The notes below the pieces were generated by a model. It made no database searches. It worked only from the letters and a program-made list of their open reading frames with translations, and was not told the origin of the DNA. Shown here piece by piece: positions 1-11,585 of a stretch of 50,030 nucleotides of DNA; within the stretch, counting starts at the first letter, position 1, and every line of letters starts with the position of its first letter. The DNA is from Chiloscyllium plagiosum (lineage: Eukaryota), in NCBI RefSeq assembly GCF_004010195.1, contig NC_057749.1, forward strand, positions 25,273,248 through 25,323,277. The letters run 5' to 3'. Made by a program: the position numbers and the translations under genes.

Positions 1-120
1 AGAGTTCAGGCTTCTGCACCTTCTGCCCGATGGTAGAGGTTGTAGAAAAACATTGCCAGGATGGGATGGATCTTTAAGAATGCTGGCGGCCTTTCCTTGA
101 CATTGGGCCTGGTAGATGGA
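1..120 (-). mobile_element. Rex/Babar-type LINE 3' ORF fragment, truncated by window edge
   Basis: Minus strand reads PLPSGRRCRSLNS, matching the copy at 25690-25930. Confidence 0.7.
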
Positions 121-700
121 TGTTACCAAATAAGTTAAGGACAGCATCAAACTGAAATATAATTTCACAGACATGGGTGGACAGTCAGGAGGTTGAACAA
201 AATATAAAAACTGACTAAAAGATTAATGAGGATGGGAAAATTAGAGTACAAGAGAAAGCTAGCTAGAAAAAATAAACAGACAGTAAGAATTGTCTATAGA
301 TTTTCAAAAATGTGAGAGTTGATGATATAGAGAGGGGACTGTGGAATTAATAATGGATAATAAGGAGATGCCTGTCGGAATAAACAGATATTTTGCATTG
401 CTCTTCACAATTCAGGGTACAAGTAGCATTCAGAAATATCTGCAAATCAGAAAATGGAAGGGAGGGAGGACCTCAAGAACATTTTAATGACCAAGGAGGT
501 GACATTGAACTAATTATTGGAACTTCAGGTAAACAGGTTCCTGGGTCCTGATGAACTTCATCTTATGGTCTTATACAAATTTGGCAGTGAGATGGTTGAT
601 GCATAGATTTTAACTTTCCACAGTTTCAGAGAATTGGAGAAGATTATATTAAGTAGGAAGATTGCAATTGTATTGTTTTTATCCAAAAAGAGAGGGACGA

Positions 701-944
701 TGTCAGAAGTCACACAACACCTCACCCGGAGGCTCACTGAAGATATTTCCTAGTATCGTGACGAAACATCTGAAAGCGAACCTTCCAGCTCAGCGAATAA
801 ACCTACATCCAAGTCCTACAGGTGTATTTGAAATCACAAACTCTCGGGGCAGTGCTCTGATAAATGAACCTGTTGGACTATAACCTGGTGTCGTGTGACT
901 TCTGACTTTGTCCACCCTAGACCAGCACCAGCATCTCTGCATCA
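701..944 (+). mobile_element. PLE-derived fold-back element (family A), with a fragment of another PLE family nested at ~722-812
   Basis: Inverted arms gtcagaagtcacacaacac / gtgtcgtgtgacttctgac plus one-sided tail; nested piece carries ctgaaga...gaaac. Confidence 0.7.
734..773 (+). ncRNA. Degenerate minimal hammerhead ribozyme motif (PLE family D)
   Basis: UCA-CUGAAGA-...-GAAAC-AUC-UGA; stem I UCA/UGA; ACGU palindrome apparently decayed to ACAU; stem II poorly paired. Confidence 0.5.
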
Positions 945-1714
945 AAAACCGAGCAAGACATAAAGCAGGAAATGAGCTGCCGGTTAGCTTAACATCTCTC
1001 GTAGGAAAGATGTTGAAAGCTATTATTAAAGAGGTTAGAACATGGCACTTAGGAAAGGTAATCAGGCAAAGTTGAAAAGAAACTCATATTTAACCAATTT
1101 ATCGAGGACGGAATGCACGGAGGATTAAGGGTTTGGAAGGTGCTGTCAGAGGAAATTGATAAACTTAGTTCCTCATCACGAAGGCCCAGGTCCAACTGGA
1201 ACAACGAATGAGAGGCAGGCGAAATACCTAAAACATTCACATTTGGGAAACTCCATAGCGATGCGGACAGCTGTCTACACCAGACTCCTGCCACCATCCA
1301 GGGAATGTAACCCGAGAGACCTGACAATAGGAAATAGACCAGGAGGAAATCACATTCCCTAATTAATCTTTCCACTGGCTAAATTAGATGTAAATACATT
1401 TCTATGAAACCCGATAGACAAGCATCCACTGCAAAGTATCATTTGTGTAGCTCATTGTAATCTAAGGAGACATTCCACTGTGAGGTTCCCAACAGCGGAT
1501 ACTTTGTAAATCACAACATATTTGCGATGTGATGGATGAAATTAAACAGAAAACAATGGGGCAAGGTGTTCCCCTCGAAGTGTTTTGAACCCCGCTGTCA
1601 GTCTCAAATGAAGACTACAGAAATGATTTTTTAGTCAAAGCTGTTTGTATAGGTTATGGCACATATCCAAGATTGAGCAGAGCTTGAATCCTAATCATCT
1701 GGGTCACTGTAGGT

Positions 1715-1817
1715 ATTGTCCAATCAACCTGTTCAGGGATGTTATTACAACACCTCTGGAGCAGGTGGGACCTGAACCCAGGCCTCCCGGCTCAGAAATA
1801 TGGGCATTACTACCACA
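1715..1817 (-). mobile_element. Short tRNA-head SINE fragment
   Basis: Similar to 19050-19165 (cctctggagca..gggac.tgaac..gcctcc.ggctcaga); B-box-like GGTTCA on minus strand. Confidence 0.6.
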
Positions 1818-1819
1818 AC

Positions 1820-3215
1820 TTGAGAAGATTCTGAGCAATAAGATATACATGCATGTGGAAAGACAGGGTTTGATTAGGAGCAGTCAGCATGGCTTTGTGA
1901 GTGGGAGATCATGCCTCACAAATTTGTTAGAGTTCTTTGATGACGTAACCAGGAAGGTTGATGAGGGCAGGGCGGGACACAATATGGATTTCAGTAAGGC
2001 CTTTGATAAGGTTCCACACGGTAGGTCTGTCTGGAAGGTTAGATCCATGTACAAATACATGAATAGGAAAGGATTAGGAGAATGTATGCCAAGTGTATGG
2101 AATGGGCTTAGTGTGGATGGGCATTGTGGTTGAAGGAAGGAATCCAGGGCAAGCTGACAAATTAGATACACCATTGACTTGATGGTATGAAGCAGAGGGT
2201 AATAGCGGAAGGATGCTTGTCAGACTGTGACTAGTGGAATGCCTCAGGGTTGGTGTTGGGCCCATTGCTGCTTGTTATCTATAATCAATGATTTGGATGA
2301 GAATGCGCAAGGCATGATTAGTAAGTTTGCTGATAACACTAAAATAGACGGTATCATGAACAGTGAGGAAGGTTATCAAAAATTACAGCAGGACCTTGAT
2401 CAGCTGGGGAAGTGAGCCGAGAAATGGCAAATGGGGCTTAATATAGATAATTGCGAAGTCGTGCGTTTTGGAAAGTCAAATCAAGGCAGACGTTTCATGT
2501 TGAATGGTAGGGCCTTAAGGAGTGTAGTTCAAGCAGAGGGACCTTGGAGTTCAGCTGCACAGTTCTCTGAAAGTGGGGTCCCAAGTAGACAGGGCAGGGA
2601 AGAAGGGTTTTGGCACACTGGCCTTCATCTGTCAGGGCACTGAGTATAGAAGTTGGGAAGTTATGGTGCAGTTGAACAGGACGATGGTGAGGTCACACTT
2701 TAGGTGTTGTGTTCAGTTTTTGGTCACCTTGCAGGAAGGATGTTATTAAACTGGAAAGAGTGCAGAAGAGATTTACAGGATGCTGCCAGGATTCAACAGT
2801 CTGAGTTATAGGGAGAGATTGGACAAGCTAAGACTTTTAATGTTAGAGCATAGGAGACTGAGAGGGAAGCTTATGAGAGGCCTGGATAGGGTAAATGCAC
2901 TCAGTCTTTTTCTCAGGGTTGGGAAATTGAGGACTAGAGGGCATCAGTTTAAGGTTAGAGGGGAAAGAATAAAAGGGAACCTGAGGGGAAACTTTTTTAC
3001 ACAGAGAGTGGTATGCATATGGAATGAGCTACCAGCGGAAGTGGTATTTAACAATACTTAAAAAAGATTTGGACAAAAACATGGATCAGAATGGATTAGA
3101 AGGATATGGGCCAAGTGCAGGGAATTGGGATTAGCGTGAATGGATATTTTGGTCAATATGGGCCAGTTTGCACCGAAGGGCCTGTCTCCATGCTGTAGGA
3201 CTCTATGACTCTATA
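1820..3215 (+). mobile_element. CR1/HER1-type LINE, 5'-truncated and frameshifted RT plus 3' UTR
   Basis: SQHGFVSGRSCLTNLLEFF, DFSKAFDKVPH, SKFADNTKI, FFTQRVV motifs; ctctatga tail. Confidence 0.95.
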
Positions 3216-3542
3216 ACATTCCTGCTTGTGTGAATTCCAGATTGATTGATTGGTCTGACAGCAGTATTGTTGTCTGATTAAAGATGTTTTTGCATCTTTC
3301 TGCTGGAAAACAGTAGCAGCAGCAGCAGGCAGTCAAGATAAATGAAGGCCTAGTTTTGAATAGAGGCGGTCTCTCCATCTCAATCTCCGAAATGTCACAT
3401 TAAAACATTATTTTTGCAGCCAAGCCATGACTGTGGGAGGGGAGGAGCTGGGGGAAGTGTAGTGGTAGAAGGGGTGGCAGTGGGGAAAGTGAGGATATTT
3501 GGATATGTGAGTGGGGCGACTGGGTGAAATAGTAGGACGCAT

Positions 3543-3905
3543 GTGATAAAATCATAGGGGGCATGGATAGGGTGAATAGTCAAGGTCTTTTCCCCAGGGT
3601 AGGGGAATCCAAAACTAGAGGGTGTAGGTTTAAGATGAGGGGGGGAAAGATTTAAAAGGGACCTAAGGGAGAACTTTTTCACGCGGAGGATGGTGCGTGT
3701 ATGGAGTGAGCTGCCACAGGAAGGTGGAGGCTGGTAAAATTACAACATTTGAAAGGTATCTGGATGGGTATATGAACAGGAAGGATTTAGAGGGATATGG
3801 GCCAAGTGCTGGCAAATGGGAAGAGATTAATTTAGGATATTTTGTCGACGTGGACGGGTGGGACCAATGGGTCTGTTTCCATGCTATACAGCCCAATGGC
3901 TCTAT
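3543..3905 (+). mobile_element. CR1-type LINE 3' end
   Basis: FERYLDGYMNRKDLEGYGPSAGKW and 3' UTR shared with other copies. Confidence 0.9.
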
Positions 3906-4704
3906 GAGTGGCTGGTGGATGGAGTGGGAAAGGTTGAACTGTGGGGATGAGGCCTAGCAGGGAGAATCCCTCTGTAAGTTGGCCTTCAGCTCCAGGCAAA
4001 TAGAGAGGGTCTCGAGATTGGCGGGAATGTTAAGTATCTCCCCACCTGTCACTACCCCGGATAAAACCCCTCCACCACCATCAGGACTCCAGACAGATAA
4101 CCCAGTCCGTATTTTCTCCACCAACCTGGTGGCGATCCTTAAATTGGCCTAAAATACGGTTCAATTTCCACCCCAGTGGGGGCGCTCCAGGTGGCACATA
4201 AGGAGAAGGTTTCCCTAAAATTCGGGGATCTGTCATGCCAGGGTTTGGGCATTAACAATTGGGGAAACTTGGTGTGGTTGGCATGCCCCAGAGCCCCAAG
4301 GAAACGGTTTGGAAGAAGAGGTACAATATCCAAATCACTCACCTCTCATCCAGAAACGGTAAGTATTTCTGTGTTCAGAAAGATGTGCCAGAGATATCAT
4401 TCACAATACTGGCTTATAATTGTTTTTAGAACCCCATGCCACTGCTTAACATCAGTAGTGTTCATTTATTTGATCTCTGGTTATTTTTTTAAAAATAAAG
4501 CCCACACTACCGTCAAATAGCAGTTGTGCTTATTTTTCCCCAGCATCCATGTCATGTGTGTGCAGGTGTCGGACACAGTGAATGGTGTGCAGACATATCG
4601 AACACAACGAGTGCAGAAATCTTTATTCATAAATTCTGGCTTATATTGGCACAATGCCAACCCATCGAAATTAGATCCGGCATCCACCCACTGGGTCGAG
4701 TTTC

Positions 4705-6135
4705 ATTGATTAATTTATTTATTGTCACAGGTATCTTGCTACAAAATACGAGAGTGTTGTATGGTGTTGCCACTCTTGGACACCATCTTAAAATACAGAA
4801 AAATAAACCAAACATAGAATGTAAAGGCAGAAAAATTACAATATAAAGAAAGTGTCCAACTTTACAGTTCACCTGGTTAAGTGCTCTGCCATGGGCCATG
4901 GGCCATGGGCCTGGTTGCCAGGTACCAATTCCCTTCGCCATGCCAACGCTGGAATGAAAGTCCCCCACTCTTTGATGTCATCTCTCCTCCAGCGATGCCT
5001 TCGCAGCTGAGTCCTCACTGCACCTCACCAATCCAGATGCCACTGATGCGGCCGGGTACCGCACCAGCCTAAACGGGACTCCGCTGCCACTGTGAGTCCA
5101 CTTCGGGCCCACCTTGCCTCCTGCCTCCATGAATCTGCGTCAGTTACTGCCAGGCACCCAAAAACACCTCCACCGCTGCAACCACGAGTACTCACTACGG
5201 GGCCTACTTGACCCCGTGCTACGAGGTCTCCTCAAGTCGGTGCTACTGAGCCAATTTGAATCATCATTACGGGGCCTACTTGAGTCCTCACTGCTGGGCC
5301 AACTCGAGTCCTCGCTGCTGGGCCAACTCGAGCCCTCATTATGGGGCCTACTCGAGTCCTCACTGCTAGGCCTACTTGAGTCTGTGCCACTGAGCTGATT
5401 TGAGTCCACATTATGGGGTCTACTCGAGTCCTCACTGTTGGGCCAACTCGAGTCCTCATTATGGGGCCTACTCGAGTCCTTGCTGCTGAGCCAACTCAAG
5501 TCCTCATTATGGGGCCTATTTGAATCCTCGCAGCTGGGCCTACTCGAGTCCTCATTATGGGGCCTACTCGAGTCCTGCTGCTGGGCCTACTCAAGTCTGT
5601 GGCACTAAGCCTACTCTAATCCTCACTACAGGGCCTACTCAAATCCTCGCTGCTGGGTCTACTCAAGTCCTCATTATAGAGTTTACTCAAACCCTCACTG
5701 CTGGGCCTACTCGAATCTATGCCACGGAGCCTACTCAAGTCCTCACTACAGGGCCTACTCAAATCCTTGCTGCTGGGTCTACTCGAGTCCTTGCTGCAAG
5801 CCCTACTTGGGTCTATGCTGCTCGGTGTACTTGAGGCCACATTGCTGGCCCTACTTGAGTCCTCATCACAGGACCTACTTGATTCCTTATTGCTGAGCCT
5901 ACTCGAGTCCACACTACTGGACCTAGTCGAATCCACACTGCTGGATCTACTCATGTCCACACTAGGCCCACTTACTGCTACTGATGTGGTCGCCATGACG
6001 AGTTCTTCACCAAGGGGTAAGTAAAACAAAATCAAAGATTTTAAAAAACTGAGAGAAGAAAAGAAACAAAATGAAAAGGGGACAGAGCGGACCAGCCTGG
6101 GGCTCAGAAGCCCTACCCTCCTACTACCCTACCAA
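4705..6135 (-). mobile_element. Putative non-autonomous retroelement with a Rex/Babar-like 3' end and an internal minisatellite
   Basis: ttattgtcaca.gta...agtgttgt at 4717-4760 matches the Rex/Babar 3' ends at 17808 and 24573; no RT coding sequence inside. Confidence 0.5.
5185..5975. repeat. 24-bp minisatellite, ~33 units, consensus ~GGCCTACTCGAGTCCTCACTGCTG
   Basis: Direct periodicity; 8-aa repeats in the ORF track (LLGQLESS, SSEDSSRP, TAGPTQVL). Confidence 0.95.
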
Positions 6136-6984
6136 AAGATCTCAGTCTGTTGCCAAACTCTAGTTCAATCCATGGGAAGGGTCACTGATATTACTTTAAG
6201 AGCAAGTTTGGTTCCTTGCCGTTTCTCCCTGATCCCATTGCTGCATTCTGAGAGGAAAACACATTTCCTTCTTAATTCTAACCCGAATTGCACCTGAGTG
6301 ATTGAAAGGTGAGCTAGTTGACTTTTTGTGTCTGGCCAGCCACATCCCCAGTTGCCAAGACATGAGACATGAGAGCTACCCAAGTTATTGAAGAACCTGT
6401 CCTTCAGCATCCAATGGCCATCTGCTAGATTGGTTCATCAGCCAAGTCCCATTTCTAACATTCGGTGGGAATTCTACCAGTTAATACATCACTAACTATA
6501 TGGAAATACATTGTCTTTTGCAAATTATTTCAGAGTACATTGCAAGAGTAAATTTATCAACTGGGCACAGCAGATTTCTGATAACAGAGCCATCTGTCTT
6601 CTCTGAAGATTCCAAGTTTTTAAAGAATTGTCAATTAGATCATTCATTGAAAAAACTGAATGTACTGTAAAGGAGAAAGGGCAGAGGGATTCTGGGTGTT
6701 CAAGGGAGCTGGTGCGAACTAGATGGGCCGAACATACTCCTTCGGTGCAGTACCAATTCTGTGGTTCTTTGGGATAAGAGGCATTTTAAGTGCACTCCCA
6801 GTCTGCCTGTCAATGTGGAGTCAGTGGCTGTCCACAAACCTTTTTTATGGATTGGACCTTTATTACAAAAGAACGGGAGGATAGAGATAATGTGTTAAAA
6901 ATGTCAAATACAATAATGCTTCGCTTTGAGTTGTATCTGCCTCTGAAAACTGTTGTGTCTATTAGGCCACTCTCTGTCCTCCAA

Positions 6985-7870
6985 CACATCTCATCCACGG
7001 CTCGCATCCCTGCCCTCAACCACACCCCTCCAACTGTGCCCACACCTCCCCCCTCACCTCCATCCAAGGCCCCAAAGGAGCCTTCCACATCCATCAAAGT
7101 TTTACCTGCACATCCACCAATGTCATTGATTGTATCCGCTGCTCCCGATACGGTCCCCTCTACATTTGGGAGACTGGACGCCTCCTCGCAGAGCGCTTCA
7201 GGGAACATCTTCAGGACATCCGCACCATTCAACCCCACCGCCCCTGGCTGAACATTTCAACTCCATTGTATCCGCTGCTCCCGATACGGTCCCCTCTACA
7301 TTTGGGAGACTGGACGCCTCCTCGCAGAGCGCTTCAGGGAACATCTTCAGGACACCCGCACCATTCAACCCCACCGCCCCGTGGCTGAACATTTCAACTC
7401 CCCCTCCCACTGTGCTGAGGACATGCAGTTCCTGGGCCTCCTCCACTGCTGCTCCCTCACTTCCCGACACCTGGAGGAAGAACGCCTCATCTTCTGCCTC
7501 GGAACACTTCAACCCCAGGGCATCAATGTGGACTTCACCAGTTTCTTCATTTCTCCTCCCCCCACCTTACCCCAGTTCCAACCTGCCAGCTTAGCACCAT
7601 CCTCATGACCCATCCCTGTCAATCTTCCTTCCCACCTATCCACTCCACCCTATTCTCCAACCTATTACCTTCATCCCCACCTCCATCCACCTATTACACT
7701 TAGCCACCTTCTCCCCAGCCCCACCACTCCTCCCATTTATCTCTCCACCCTGGAGGCTCCCTGTCGCATTCCTGATGAAGGGCTTTTGCCTGAAACGTAA
7801 AGATTTTCCTGCTCCTCGGATGCTGTCTGACCTGCTGTGCTTTTCCAGCACCACTCTAATCTTCACTCTC
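6985..7870 (+). mobile_element. Penelope-like element 3' part: GIY-YIG endonuclease relic plus pLTR
   Basis: Translates as FTCTSTNVI.CIRCSR...LYI.ETGRLLAERFREHL...VAEHFNSPSH...LEEERLIFCLGTLQPQGINVDF; hammerhead-like core at 7772-7799. Confidence 0.9.
7129..7401 (+). repeat. Tandem duplication of 136/137 bp inside the GIY-YIG region
   Basis: 7129-7264 and 7265-7401 differ by about one substitution and one indel. Confidence 0.95.
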
Positions 7871-7959
7871 TGGTAGGAGCTGACTGGAAATAAGCTGTCA
7901 AGCTTTTCCTGACATACCTCATAATGTTAATCTCTGATAAATATAGAATTCTGGCAACA

Positions 7960-8232
7960 GGTCATTCGCGTCCACACCAACCCATCCCATCCCTTTAACG
8001 CTGCATTTACCATGACTGACCCATCTAGCCTGAACACCATGGGGCAATTTCCCATGGCCAATCCACCTAACCTGCACATCTTTGGACTGCGTGAGGAAAC
8101 AAGAGCGGCAAAAGGAAGCCCACACAGAGAATGTGCAAACTCCACACAGACAGTCACCCAAGGTGCCTGGAATCGAACCTGGGTCCCTGATGCTGTGAGG
8201 CACCAGTGCTAACAACAGAGCCACCATGCTGC
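7960..8232 (-). mobile_element. HE1-type SINE (divergent)
   Basis: Reverse complement of the tRNA head and the tgtgtggagtttgcacattctc core. Confidence 0.85.
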
Positions 8233-8897
8233 TTTGACTCTCAACGAATAAAAAGTCACTATTGTAGACTCACAAAGAGTGATTGCTGGCTGTTATAGAA
8301 GGAATTACTCTCAAAATTTAAGAGAACCCTTTACCTTGAGCAGCTGGGGTGGGTTTGTGGGGATAGTTAAATACGATGTGCTAATGTGGTGAGATATGAG
8401 ACCATCCACTCGCCCCTCACAAGATCCTGCTCCTGATTATATTGGACCTGTCTTGTTTGGCCAGGGCTGAGCAGACAGAATGAAAACTGGGTCCCAGTTA
8501 AGAATGGGTGACAGTTGCATGGTCACTGGTTGGGTTGGATTGGGGACTGAAAGTTGGGTGTGGGATGAGGCAACAGACTGGGCTGTGGAGGAGACAGAAG
8601 GATGGGAGAATCTCTGGCACAATTCTGTCTTAACTCACCTACTTTAACACGGGTCACATGATTTTGCCCGTGCGATGATGCTAGCTGCCTCAAAATGAAC
8701 TAATCTCAACGACAGAATCTCAAACGGGGGGCAGTCCACTAATCAGCTTAACCCCTGTTTCATGTATTATGGACTAGGCGAGACTCCTCAAAACCTCTTT
8801 AAGCTTGTAGCCCAGACTGTAACTTTGCTATTTGTTTAGCTAGGTATAGACTGGATATTCCCTGTGTAAATTAGCTAGGTCGACTGTCACGTTTTTT

Positions 8898-9197
8898 GAT
8901 TAGATTCCCTACAGTGCGGAAACAGGCCCTTTGGTCCAACCAGTCCAAACCAACCCTCTGAAGAGTAACCCACCCAGACCCACTTCCCTCTGACTAATGC
9001 ACCTAGCACTGTGGGCAATTCACCTGACCTGCACATCTTTGGACTGTGGGAGGAAAGCGGAGCACCCGGAGGAAACCCACACAGACACGGGGAGAATGTG
9101 CAAACTCCACACAGACAGTCGCCGAAGGCTGGAATCGAACCTGGGTCCCTGGTGCTGTGAGGCAGCAGTGCTAACCACTGAGCCACCGTACCGCCCC
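8898..9197 (-). mobile_element. HE1-type SINE
   Basis: Full head, core and aatct tail on minus strand. Confidence 0.95.
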
Positions 9198-9201
9198 AAT
9201 A

Positions 9202-9955
9202 AACATAGAACATAGAACATAGAACATAGAACATAGAACATAGAACATAGAACAATACAGCACAGAACAGGCCCACAGAACAGCACGATGTTGTGCCGAA
9301 CATTTGTCCTAGCTTAAGCACCCATCCATGTACCTATCCAATTGCCGCTTAAAGGTCACCAAAGATTCTGACTCTACCACTCCCACAGGCAGCGCATTCC
9401 ATGCCCCCACTACTCTCTGGGTAAAGAACCCACCCCTGACATCTCCCCTATACCTTCCACCCTTCACCTTAAATTTATGTCCCCTTGTAACACTCTGTTG
9501 TACCCGGGGAAAAAGTTTCTGACTGTCTACTCTATCTAGTCCTCTGATCATCTTATAAACCTCTATCAAGTCACCCCTCATCCTTCGCCATTCCAACGAG
9601 AAAAGGCCTAGCACTCCCAACCTATCCTCGTACGACCTATTCTCAATTCCAGGCAACATCCTGGTAAATCTTCTCTGCAACCTCTCCAAAGCTCCCACAT
9701 CTTTCCTAAAGTGAGGCGACCAGAACTGCACACAGTACTCCAAATGTGACCTAACCAAAGTCCTGTACAGTTGCAACATCACTTCACGACTCTTGAATTC
9801 AATCCCTCTGGTAATGAACGCTAATACACCATAGGCCTTCTTACAAGCTCTATCCACCTGAGTGGCAACTTTCAAAGACCTATGAACATAGACCCCAAGA
9901 GCCCTCTGTTCCTCCACCTCACTAAGAACCCTACCATTAACCCTGTATTCCGCAT
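9202..9955 (-). mobile_element. Young 5'-truncated CR1-type LINE with (TTCTATG)n tail
   Basis: Uninterrupted 202-aa ORF 9309-9917 (LYRTLVRSHLEYCVQFWSP...RRMRGDLIEVYK); about 7 catagaa units at 9202-9252. Confidence 0.95.
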
Positions 9956-10684
9956 TTTTTTACAAAATTTTTTTACGAAATTTATTTACAAAACTATGGA
10001 ATGAAACACAAAGAACAGAAAACAGAATACTGCATAACTTATCCTATCCAAGCCTGACTTAATGATGCTGTTCTGAAAATACATGCAACAGTCCCAGTAC
10101 ACACATCCCTTAGCACAGAAGCTAAAATCAGCCAAAGGCTTACAGTTTGCAAAGAGAGAGAGACATCCAACAGCTTGTTTCACACATCCCCTGCTTCAAC
10201 TGAACCAAAAAACCTCAGCTGCCAGGACTGGCCACTTTCCTTTCATTAGACAAATTATTTCCCTAACCATCTGTTTAGGGGTAAACAAAAAGGCCCCCAA
10301 TAAACCATTCACCTTTGCACCAATTCAGCCATTTCAGAGCCTGGGCTGTTTTCTGATCTCTCTAAAAAAAAATCAAGGACATAGTCGCTTTGAGAAAAAG
10401 GACCAGCTATGTGACACATGCATCACTGCAGAAAATGAGAGCAGACCATGCACGCCCTCATCCCTAAATAACAGGAAATGAAGGAGGCCATTCAGCCCTG
10501 CTTCACCATTCAATAAGATGATAGCTGACCTGGTTGTAGTCTCAACTCCACTATTCTGTCAGACCTCCAAAACCCTCAACTCCCTTGTCAAACAAAAATC
10601 TATGTAACTCAGTCGTGAATGATTGTAAGGACCCAGACTTTGGGATTTTCTGGTACATCACGTAAAATCTGTCAAAGTTCGTAA

Positions 10685-10830
10685 AATGAAATACTGTGAA
10701 CGTCAGAGATCTGAAATAAAACCAGAAAGTGCTGGAATATTTCAGCAGGTCAGCCACTTTTGTTGGAGAGAGATAGCAAGTTAACAATTCGAGTCCAATT
10801 TGACTCCTGTTCTGAAAACCTCAAAACATG
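10685..10830 (-). mobile_element. Degenerate PLE pLTR fragment
   Basis: Resembles 38690-38792 (gctgga....cagcaggtc...gttaac). Confidence 0.5.
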
Positions 10831-10967
10831 CATTTTGTTCCCCTCTCCACAGGGGCTTCCAAGCATTTCCTGTGAAACTCAGGTTGTGTTCCCAATTTGT
10901 AGCCCAGATTGGCTTCAATTACACATTAAAACAAGAAATTATTTGCAGTGTGTTGTTTCAGATGGTT

Positions 10968-11245
10968 CACGGTGGCTCAGCGTTTAGCACTCGTGCCTCA
11001 CAGTGCCAGGGACCGGTGTTCAATTCCTGCCTCAAGCACCTATTTGTGTGGAGTATGCACATTCTGCCTGTGTCTGGGTGCTCTGGTTTCCTCTGACAGT
11101 CTGAAGATGTGCAGGTAAGGTGCGTTGGCCGTGCTAAATTGCCCATACTATTAGGGGAATGGGTCTGGGTGGGTTACTCTTCAGAGGGTCAGTATAGACT
11201 TGTTAGGCTGAATGGTCTTTTTCCACACTGTAGGGAATCTAATCT
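10968..11245 (+). mobile_element. HE1-type SINE
   Basis: tggctcagcg A box, gttcaattcc B box, aatct tail. Confidence 0.9.
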
Positions 11246-11585
11246 CAACCTCCTTTATCTTTGCTGAGTCTAGGGACTGTCTAACTATCACATTGGTGAA
11301 CAGATCACTGGTGATTCAGATAGAAGATGCACTTGTCTCAGATAACAGGGGTAGTTTAGTAATAGATACAGTTTACATTAACTTGCAAGGATAGTTATTC
11401 AGCAGGACAACAGCTGCTCCTTTCAGGTACTTATGCAGATCCTCCACCCAAATAGAATTTTAGAGTCAGACAGCACCGAAACAGACCATTCGGTCCATCC
11501 AGTCCATGCCAACCATCATCCCAAACTAACTAGTCCCACCTGCTTGTATTTGGCCCATGTCCCTCCAAACATCACTATTCAGGTA

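Larger units (their letters stand above)
130..1110 (+). mobile_element. Old degenerate CR1-type LINE ORF2 fragment, interrupted by a PLE fold-back element
   Basis: Broken frames with KLEYKRKLAR, GPDELH.MVL and PVSLTS-like motifs typical of CR1 ORF2 upstream of the RT. Confidence 0.75.
8765..10416 (-). mobile_element. Solo LTR (~0.6 kb net), probably Gypsy-like, split by SINE and CR1 insertions
   Basis: Ends t(a)ttatgg...atgtgaca, flanked by CATG at 8761-8764 and 10417-10420; left TG apparently mutated to TA. Confidence 0.6.

Noticed and set aside
4481..4687. Cys-rich 68-aa minus-strand ORF
   Set aside because: No recognisable domain, signal peptide or splice context.
9309..9917. 202-aa ORF as a host gene
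   Set aside because: C-terminus of CR1 ORF2 from a truncated insertion with its own tail.
10083..10481. 132-aa ORF
   Set aside because: Lies mostly within the inferred solo LTR; no recognisable homology.
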